Virus record (IMG/VR): IMGVR_UViG_3300045557_000066
Coordinates: 1-43,126 of that record
Direction: 5' to 3' (one strand)
Origin: a virus
Lineage: Duplodnaviria; Caudoviricetes
Length of the DNA: 43,126 nt
A program made the translations under genes and the position numbers. Position 1 is the first letter of the stretch. Each line of letters opens with the position of its first letter. Under the pieces are notes generated by a model, which did not search any database, was not told the DNA's origin, and saw nothing but the letters and a program-made list of their open reading frames with translations. Of this stretch, positions 36,975 through 43,126 are shown one piece after another.

Positions 36975-37396
36975 TTGCCATGCACCTCCACGCAGCTTTC
37001 CGTAAAATACCTGATGTGCTTTTTTCGCTTTTCAGCTTTTTTTATTTCCTTTGCCATGCCATCAGTCACCTTATCTCCAAAGACCCAGACTTCATGGCAA
37101 TGCTTCATAAGCTGCATCCCAAATGTAAGTCCAAGGCGCCTTTGCTCTTTGTCCTTATCGTCTAAAAACTGTGGAAAGAGAAGATGGGGCGCTATTGGGA
37201 GCTTGTTCTTTGAAACGGCAAACCTGCAGTATTTTCTTGCATTGTCCACATTTCGTATCACCATGCCGCCATAGGGCGAGCAAATAAATACCATGGGTAG
37301 ATTGCCATCAATTTTCTCATCCCTAGCCGCCTTTCCAATTGCCATATCGGCCGTCGGATCGTAGTATCCTTTTGAGCTATATTTTCCAAGTCCCAT
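36971..37396 (-). CDS. DUF4406-like (NDT-fold) phage protein
   Basis: VFICSPYGG, PIAPHLLFPQF and CHEVWVFG...GMAKEI motifs. Confidence 0.8.
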   Translation of the reverse strand: MGLGKYSSKGYYDPTADMAIGKAARDEKIDGNLPMVFICSPYGGMVIRNVDNARKYCRFAVSKNKLPIAPHLLFPQFLDDKDKEQRRLGLTFGMQLMKHCHEVWVFGDKVTDGMAKEIKKAEKRKKHIRYFTESCVEVHGK

Positions 37397-37398
37397 GT

Positions 37399-39324
37399 CT
37401 ACACCTCCATATCCTTTAACTTTCCAAAGTCCGGTCCTACCGAAGCCTCCGCAACAATTGGCACATCAAAATCTTCAAACGGTTTTTGTTCCATGCATCC
37501 TTTAATGAAGACTATTGCATCCATGAGCTTTTCCTCCGGGACTTCAAAGACCAGCTCATCGTGAATCTGCATCAGAGGTCTAAGCCATGGCCGCATTGTA
37601 AGCCCCGGTAGCATTCTCCCGCACACCAGCTTAAGGATATCTGCTGCCGTCCCCTGTATGGGGGTATTTAGCGCGCACCGCTGCGCAAAAGCCCGCTTTC
37701 CCCAGTCAATGGACCGAATACCCATAATGTATCTCCTTCGTCCAAGATATGATTTTGTAAAACCCATGATCTCTGCAGTTTCCACAACCCGCTTCTGCCA
37801 TCTTGTCAGTTCCGGGTAACCGTTTTTTAAGTTACGGATTATCTCCTCGCACTTAGGTAGACTCACTGAAAGGCCACCTTTGTAGGTCAATGTATTATGA
37901 AGTCCTTTTGGAAAAAGCCCATAAAACACACCGAAGTTGCAGTTCTTTGCGATGGTTCTCATTTTTTTGTAATTCTTCCCGCTTTTATCAGCAGCCTCGA
38001 AAAGGGGAATATGAAAGATGACCGCGGTCGTCTGGGCGTGGATGTCCCCATCTCTTTTGTACGTTTCAAGCATGCTCGCGTCCCTGCAGTAAAAGGCTCC
38101 GACCCGAAGTTCAATCTGGGAAAAATCCAAAGATAGAATGACGTTTCCCGGGTCTGCCTTTATAAAGCTACGAACCCCAATGGGATCGCTGTCTTTTCTT
38201 GGGCAGTTTTGAAGATTCGGGTTTCTCCCGGAAAACCTTCCGGTATCCGTTCCAAGTGGCAAAAAATCCGGATGAATTTTACCGGTAGCGCTATTTATAT
38301 ATCTTAGGTATCCATCGATGTAGGTGCTTTTTATCTTGCTCCACTTGCGATACTCCTGAATGAGATCAAATAGGCGTACAAGCTCCGGCCTATTATCCTG
38401 GCACCAGGTCCTTAGCATCATAAGGGCCTGATCGTCCGCCGCTTCCGCTCTTTTTTCAGTGATTCGTAAAACCGGAAGTCCCAGGTCTTTGTAAAGATAA
38501 TCCTTAAAGGCCTTCGTGCTGGCATTGGCACCAAGATTTACGCCACCAGTCAACGCATCGATTTGTCGTTTTAGATCTGAAATTGTCTCTTCTGCCCGTA
38601 TCTGCTTTTCCCGCATCAGATCCTCATCGATTGGAATTCCGTTATATTTCATCATGCCGCAGTAAATGGATGTTGGAGATTCCACTTTTTCGGCGATAAA
38701 CCTATGCTCCGGTAAATAATCCTCGAACCACTTGTTGCAGCGATGATAAAGCCGGAGGGTGTAGTCCGAATCCGCGCAGGCATAGCGAATGGTTTCACTA
38801 TCTTGCGGATGTAGCTCATCAAAATGTCGTCCTCCGGTTACTGCTAAAAAGTCTGGCATGTCCGCTCCAAAAATATTTGTGGCTAGGCTCTTAAGGCCAC
38901 AGTCTGTAAGACCTCTAAATTCGAATTGGCTCTTTAAGGTCAGCTGCGCCGCAGCCATAGTGTCATAGCAAGGCTCGCAAAGCACAATCCCCTGTGCATA
39001 AAGGAACATCACTTCAAAGGCCAAGTTGTGGGCAACCTTGACGATGTCCGGATTTTCAAAGAATGTGTCTTTTAAAATCACTATCAAATCATTTGGCTTA
39101 CTAAGGTTTTCCCCCTGCTTGTGATAAAGTGGCACATATACCGCAGACCCTTCATCTCGGGAAAAGCTGATTCCTGTTATGATTGATTTATGTGGGTCCA
39201 AGGCCGCCTTGTCATCCTGCCTGTATTTGCCAAGCGGCGCGGTCTCAAAGTCAAAGGCAATAACCTTTGCGCTACCTAGATATGCAAATAGATCTGCCAC
39301 TGTGGTTACGCATTTGTAGTCCAT
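37399..39324 (-). CDS. Family A DNA polymerase with 3'-5' exonuclease
   Basis: FDFET, AHNLAFE, YACAD; PNLQN, DFSQIELR, AKNCNFGVFYG, NTPIQGTAAD and QIHDELV motifs. Confidence 0.96.
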   Translation of the reverse strand: MDYKCVTTVADLFAYLGSAKVIAFDFETAPLGKYRQDDKAALDPHKSIITGISFSRDEGSAVYVPLYHKQGENLSKPNDLIVILKDTFFENPDIVKVAHNLAFEVMFLYAQGIVLCEPCYDTMAAAQLTLKSQFEFRGLTDCGLKSLATNIFGADMPDFLAVTGGRHFDELHPQDSETIRYACADSDYTLRLYHRCNKWFEDYLPEHRFIAEKVESPTSIYCGMMKYNGIPIDEDLMREKQIRAEETISDLKRQIDALTGGVNLGANASTKAFKDYLYKDLGLPVLRITEKRAEAADDQALMMLRTWCQDNRPELVRLFDLIQEYRKWSKIKSTYIDGYLRYINSATGKIHPDFLPLGTDTGRFSGRNPNLQNCPRKDSDPIGVRSFIKADPGNVILSLDFSQIELRVGAFYCRDASMLETYKRDGDIHAQTTAVIFHIPLFEAADKSGKNYKKMRTIAKNCNFGVFYGLFPKGLHNTLTYKGGLSVSLPKCEEIIRNLKNGYPELTRWQKRVVETAEIMGFTKSYLGRRRYIMGIRSIDWGKRAFAQRCALNTPIQGTAADILKLVCGRMLPGLTMRPWLRPLMQIHDELVFEVPEEKLMDAIVFIKGCMEQKPFEDFDVPIVAEASVGPDFGKLKDMEV

Positions 39325-39385
39325 AATATTTCCTTTCCGCCAAGGTCCAGGGCGAAGCATTACTCCGCCCGGCCATGACTAACTA

Positions 39386-40132
39386 TTACTCTAACGATTC
39401 TGTAATTTCACCTGTCTCTGAATCCACTTCGTGATCAGGTTCAATATCTGAATAGGCATCCTGTCCTAGCTGCAAGGCAAACGCTTTAACGCTTACTGCG
39501 AGGCTACTTACCAATTCGTTTTCCTCCGGCGTCAACCTTCGATCCTGCCTAAACTGGGCTTGAGAGCTTACAAGGCCGCCCTCCCCTGTATACTTTTGAA
39601 GCGAGAACTTAGTGATCAGCTCACTAGTCTTCACTTTATTGTTTAGAAGACTCGCAATGTACCTGGTGTAGGGCGCAAGGGATCCCGGCGAAAGCGATAA
39701 AATCATGGGAAGCACATCGCCTTCTCTTAGAAGAAATAGCCGGCGTCTGTTTTGGCAAGCCTTCTTTTTGTTGCCCCCGGAACCAAACTTATTAAGTGGA
39801 CATGTTTTACATACGCCGCCTGGATTTCCAATCCCAACTTTGCCATCCATAGAGCTGCAATCTGGCGGATTGGCGCCACCCGTGTATTTTTCTTTGTAAT
39901 AGGCGTTTAGCGCATGGTGATGCAGGATTACGGCGGAGAACTCTTTTACTGTGTCAGGGCATCCCGGCTCGCTGCCGGGCACTTCAAATACAATGCTCCC
40001 TGCAGCGGGGATTTTAATTTTCTCAAAGCTTAAGGTAAGTCCGTCAAATTCTTCTGCAATGAAGTCGGAGTAGTCAAAATCCGAAAGCTCCATAAATCCG
40101 CTTTTTTGTGTTGTTATTTCATTGTTTGTCAT
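39386..40132 (-). CDS. Phage replication protein, possibly ssDNA-binding/annealing
   Basis: PPDCSSMDG...CKTCPLNKFGS...ACQNRRR; acidic C-terminus; position before the polymerase. Confidence 0.6.
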   Translation of the reverse strand: MTNNEITTQKSGFMELSDFDYSDFIAEEFDGLTLSFEKIKIPAAGSIVFEVPGSEPGCPDTVKEFSAVILHHHALNAYYKEKYTGGANPPDCSSMDGKVGIGNPGGVCKTCPLNKFGSGGNKKKACQNRRRLFLLREGDVLPMILSLSPGSLAPYTRYIASLLNNKVKTSELITKFSLQKYTGEGGLVSSQAQFRQDRRLTPEENELVSSLAVSVKAFALQLGQDAYSDIEPDHEVDSETGEITESLE

Positions 40133-40148
40133 TTTCTGTTCCTTTCTC

Positions 40149-40571
40149 TTACTTAGATTGCGTCTTTCGAACGCTTACAGTTGTTTTTTCAAATACATTG
40201 ACAAGGCCATTTAGCCAGTTTGGCAAGACGTCTTCATTTTCTGCGATCTGCTCTTTTACAAAGGCCGACAGGGAGTTGGCGTTGACTGTCTCATAGATGA
40301 GTCCACCAAAGCCTTCTTCCCGAAGCGCTTCAAACAGCTCTTCTTTCCGGTTCGCCGCAGCTGATGCCATGGTCTTGTTTGCCAGGCAAAACTGGGTGCC
40401 GTTTCTGGTGAAATTTTGAGTCTCGGATTCTGCCATGGCGGTTGCAAGCTCAAAGTCCACACGCTCAATCATCGCGTTTACATCTTTTACCTGCTGCTCT
40501 AAATCCTTTTTTTCATCCCGCAGTAGCTTTAGCTGGTCTGCAAGGTCAAATAATTCTTTTGAAATATGCAT
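40149..40571 (-). CDS. Conserved phage protein (coiled-coil N-terminus)
   Basis: LIYETVNANSLSAFVKE motif; RBS AAGGAG. Confidence 0.75.
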   Translation of the reverse strand: MHISKELFDLADQLKLLRDEKKDLEQQVKDVNAMIERVDFELATAMAESETQNFTRNGTQFCLANKTMASAAANRKEELFEALREEGFGGLIYETVNANSLSAFVKEQIAENEDVLPNWLNGLVNVFEKTTVSVRKTQSK

Positions 40572-40583
40572 TTTTTCTCCTTT

Positions 40584-41918
40584 TTATGAAAACGGGTTTT
40601 GACCCATTCTGTAATCGTCTACCAGGCTTTTTGCCAGGCTAGCTTTGTTTTTTAGCGCTTTTAGTACCTTGTCATCCACCGTGCCTTCTGCCGTAAGATA
40701 GATATACATGCAGGGATTTGTTTGCCCGGAACGGTGGATCCGCGCCTTTGTCTGCTCAAAATTGCTCATGGAATAATCCAGAGAATAAAACACCATGGTG
40801 CTTGCAGCGGTGAGGGTGATGCCAAGGCCCGCGGTAGCGATTTGTCCTACGAATACCTTTACCTCTGAATCCTTTTGAAACTGTGCCACCTGCTCGCTTC
40901 GGTCTTTGACGCTTCCCATAATGAGAGAATGTTTAATGTCTTTTTTCTCAAGCATCTTGCATATGGCATTTAGCTCCGGAACGAACCTTGCGATAACAAC
41001 CAGTTTTTGGTTTTCTTCCATGGCAGAATCAATGATGTCTTCCAGGGCCGTAAGCTTTGCGCTACTTACCTGCTCAACCTTTGCGCCCTCATCTTTTCCG
41101 ATAAACCCTCCGGTTAATTGGGAAAGCCTCAGCAGCTTAGTAAGAACATTTGTGATGGTCACTTCGCCCTCCTCTAGCTCAGCAAAGCTATCTTTTACCA
41201 GGGTTTTATATAGGCTCATAGCCTTTGGCTCTAGTTCAATCCTTCGGATAATATCCGTCGTCTCAGGAAGATCCAGGCATTCAGCCTTCGTGGCACGATA
41301 AGCGATGGAATGCATCTTTTTGGTCAGTTCCCCTTCCATGGAGCGCTTTAATGCCGGCGTGTGGTTTCCGTAGCCCGTCATATCAAAGTACCGGTTTCGA
41401 AAGGCATAAAAGCTTTGGCCAAAGATCGTAGGATCCAAAAACTTATACTGACTGAAGATGTCAATCGCCTTGTTTGTTACTGGTGTCCCGGTAAGTAGCA
41501 ACCGGTACGATGCCCTAGCTCCTAGGCGATGCATCGCCTTGCTGGCGCTGATATTATGGGTTTTAATCTTGTGCCCTTCGTCTGCGATAATAAAATCCGG
41601 ATTCCAGACCGCAAGCTCTTTTTCAAGGCGCCAAGCGCTTTCGTAATTTACGACTACGACCTGAAGTGATTCCTTAGCAAGCCCTGCCAGCGTCTCCGCT
41701 TTTTTTGCTCCGTCGCCTTTCAAAATGGTTAAGTTATATGGAAAGCTCGCAAATTTTGAAAACTCTTCCTGCCAGACCCCTAAAATTGATAGGGGCGCAA
41801 CAATCAGCACTTTTTTGATGCCTTTTTCTTTGGCGAATGCACCAGCGATGGCGATGGCGGTCAAACTCTTTCCAGTTCCCATTTCCATAAGCAGCGCGGC
41901 ACCATAACCATTTTTCAT
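40584..41918 (-). CDS. SNF2-family helicase, main fragment
   Basis: MEMGTGKS, DEGH, LTGTP, GLGITL and ARIHRSGQ motifs; lacks the N-terminal Q-motif segment. Confidence 0.93.
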   Translation of the reverse strand: MKNGYGAALLMEMGTGKSLTAIAIAGAFAKEKGIKKVLIVAPLSILGVWQEEFSKFASFPYNLTILKGDGAKKAETLAGLAKESLQVVVVNYESAWRLEKELAVWNPDFIIADEGHKIKTHNISASKAMHRLGARASYRLLLTGTPVTNKAIDIFSQYKFLDPTIFGQSFYAFRNRYFDMTGYGNHTPALKRSMEGELTKKMHSIAYRATKAECLDLPETTDIIRRIELEPKAMSLYKTLVKDSFAELEEGEVTITNVLTKLLRLSQLTGGFIGKDEGAKVEQVSSAKLTALEDIIDSAMEENQKLVVIARFVPELNAICKMLEKKDIKHSLIMGSVKDRSEQVAQFQKDSEVKVFVGQIATAGLGITLTAASTMVFYSLDYSMSNFEQTKARIHRSGQTNPCMYIYLTAEGTVDDKVLKALKNKASLAKSLVDDYRMGQNPFS

Positions 41919-42343
41919 CTGCACCACCTGCCCCTCTTATCTCTTGGATGCTTTTTCACATGCTCCTTTCGTGACGATAAAACTTCAAGGTTTATGGGAC
42001 TGTTGTTTAACTTATTGCCATCGATATGATGCACCACTTCGCCTTGTTTAAGAGGTCTACCGATAAGTGTCTCTGCAATTCGCCGGTGTTCATGCCTTCC
42101 AAGAAGCTTCCGGTATGTCTTGCCCTGCCCGGACCCCTGCTGCTTTCTGCTGCGGCTAATTCGAGCTTCCAGCACACCGCCCGGCTTATTCATGGGATTT
42201 ACAGCTCTGTTATATGCGGCGAGCCACTTTCCTTTCCAGATATTGGCGTGGGCGTTGCAACAGAAGTTGTTTTCTCGAATCCGGCTACTTGCTTTCAGAA
42301 AAGGTTTTCCGCATGTCTTGCAGATGACTTCTTTCATCGGCAT
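41915..42343 (-). CDS. Free-standing HNH homing endonuclease inserted in the helicase gene
   Basis: CKTCGK..FCC; EHRRIAE..IGRPL..GEVVHHIDGNKLNN..NL; RBS AGGAGGTG. Confidence 0.88.
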   Translation of the reverse strand: MPMKEVICKTCGKPFLKASSRIRENNFCCNAHANIWKGKWLAAYNRAVNPMNKPGGVLEARISRSRKQQGSGQGKTYRKLLGRHEHRRIAETLIGRPLKQGEVVHHIDGNKLNNSPINLEVLSSRKEHVKKHPRDKRGRWCR

Positions 42344-42473
42344 CCTTTGCACCTCCTGTTTTGATAAGCCCAAAGATCTGGCAGACAAAGTTGAATGCAT
42401 CAACCTGATGACTGTAAGGCTTTACCATTACGCCCATTGGCAGACAAGGCAGAATCTCTTTGCTACTCTTCAT
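42285..42473 (-). CDS. N-terminal fragment of the SNF2 helicase
   Basis: VKPYSHQVDAF Q-motif-like segment; same reading frame as 40584-41918. Confidence 0.7.
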   Translation of the reverse strand: MKSSKEILPCLPMGVMVKPYSHQVDAFNFVCQIFGLIKTGGAKDADERSHLQDMRKTFSESK

Positions 42474-42663
42474 CCAAATCTTCTCCTTCCACTTCTTTGA
42501 TTGCGACTTCTTCCACGCTGTGGCCTGGTACGATGATCATGATTTTTTGAATGTCTCCAAAGAGTCTTCGCATCATCCGCTCCCGCATGGTCACTTTCTT
42601 GCACCGAAGAAGGCTGCCCTTCCCAGGCTCCGTCCTCATGCAAATTGTTAGATTGTGTTTCAT
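42463..42663 (-). CDS. Conserved small phage protein
   Basis: MKHNLTI...RERMMRRLFG...IIVPGHSVEEVAI; RBS AGGAGG. Confidence 0.75.
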   Translation of the reverse strand: MKHNLTICMRTEPGKGSLLRCKKVTMRERMMRRLFGDIQKIMIIVPGHSVEEVAIKEVEGEDLDEE

Positions 42664-42736
42664 GTTATTCCTCCTATTCTGAAGGCGAATATTAGTGCCT
42701 TCATAGGTAGGCCACGGGAAAGGCAAAAGTAAAGTC

Positions 42737-43126
42737 TCAAAATGAAACTTTTTTAATTTTTTCTATAACAACTTTCATTCTGTAAGTTATTGCCATCTTG
42801 CTGACCCCTTCACTTCTGGCAATGTCGGTCATCGATTTCCCTTCAAAATAGACTGATTTCACCAAGTGCAACTGCTCTGGCGAAAGGATTTCCAAGGCTT
42901 TCACCAGTTCATTGATTTCTTCTTTTCGCAGAATTTCGTCTTCAAGATTGTAATCTGAGGAAAGATAAGCATCGTCAAGATTGAGTTCATTTAAAGACGC
43001 ATGCCTTCTGGTTTCTTTGTGGTCGTTGTTGTACTCCATTCTGTCCATATCCATGAGCATTTCGCCCCAGATTTCTTCCACTTCGACATCCACTGTTTCG
43101 GTTGCAAATTCATACTTTACTTTCAT
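42737..43126 (-). CDS. Sigma-70 region-4 HTH domain protein
   Basis: LSPEQ..LV..VYFEGKSMTDIARSEGVSKMAI motif. Confidence 0.85.
   Translation of the reverse strand: MKVKYEFATETVDVEVEEIWGEMLMDMDRMEYNNDHKETRRHASLNELNLDDAYLSSDYNLEDEILRKEEINELVKALEILSPEQLHLVKSVYFEGKSMTDIARSEGVSKMAITYRMKVVIEKIKKVSF

Larger units (their letters stand above)
1878..43126 (-). mobile_element. Prophage (siphovirus-like, HK97-type head, serine-recombinase integration module); the early end, including any repressor, continues beyond the window
   Basis: Co-oriented replication, packaging, head, tail, lysis and recombinase modules in canonical order; boundaries approximate because att sites were not identified. Confidence 0.95.

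Noticed and set aside
39343-39374. GC-rich hairpin upstream of the polymerase gene
   Set aside because: No U tail and no further support; it may be a processing or stability element but cannot be called
41919-42344. Group I intron, intein or T4 gene 60-type hop in the helicase
   Set aside because: The insert is nearly all HNH coding sequence in a different frame and has in-frame stops; no matching AAG landing codon follows the last in-frame stop. Not formally excluded without RT-PCR

Overview
A largely complete temperate siphovirus-type prophage of a Firmicutes (Clostridia-like) host, encoded almost entirely on the minus strand and read from 43126 downwards. Early/replication module: sigma-70 region-4 protein, SNF2 helicase split by an HNH gene, family A DNA polymerase, PrimPol-helicase with a putative origin, VRR-NUC and a RinA/ArpU-type late activator. 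Packaging module: HNH, small terminase, two DNA methyltransferases and large terminase. These are followed by an HK97-type head, a long non-contractile tail, a lysis cassette and two tandem large serine recombinases. Several AT-richer accessory cassettes are inserted, most with their own promoter-like and terminator signals: a TIGR04255-like three-gene cassette between terL and portal, two single-gene morons in the head region, and an ECF sigma/membrane protein/secreted amidase-like block flanked by a duplicated gene end. Just beyond the recombinases is an operon with a small Gly-Ser-N-terminal HIRAN-like protein and a PfkB kinase-nucleoside deoxyribosyltransferase fusion; this and the TIGR04255-like cassette are the best candidates for undescribed defence systems. 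Structure missed or under-called by the ORF track includes a -1 frameshifted tail chaperone, an alternative-frame gene nested in the C5 methyltransferase, a candidate sRNA in the presumed cos region, a duplicated late promoter and a 47-aa ORF. No repressor, att site, rRNA, tRNA or CRISPR array could be identified. All family assignments come from motif recognition by eye, not database searches.
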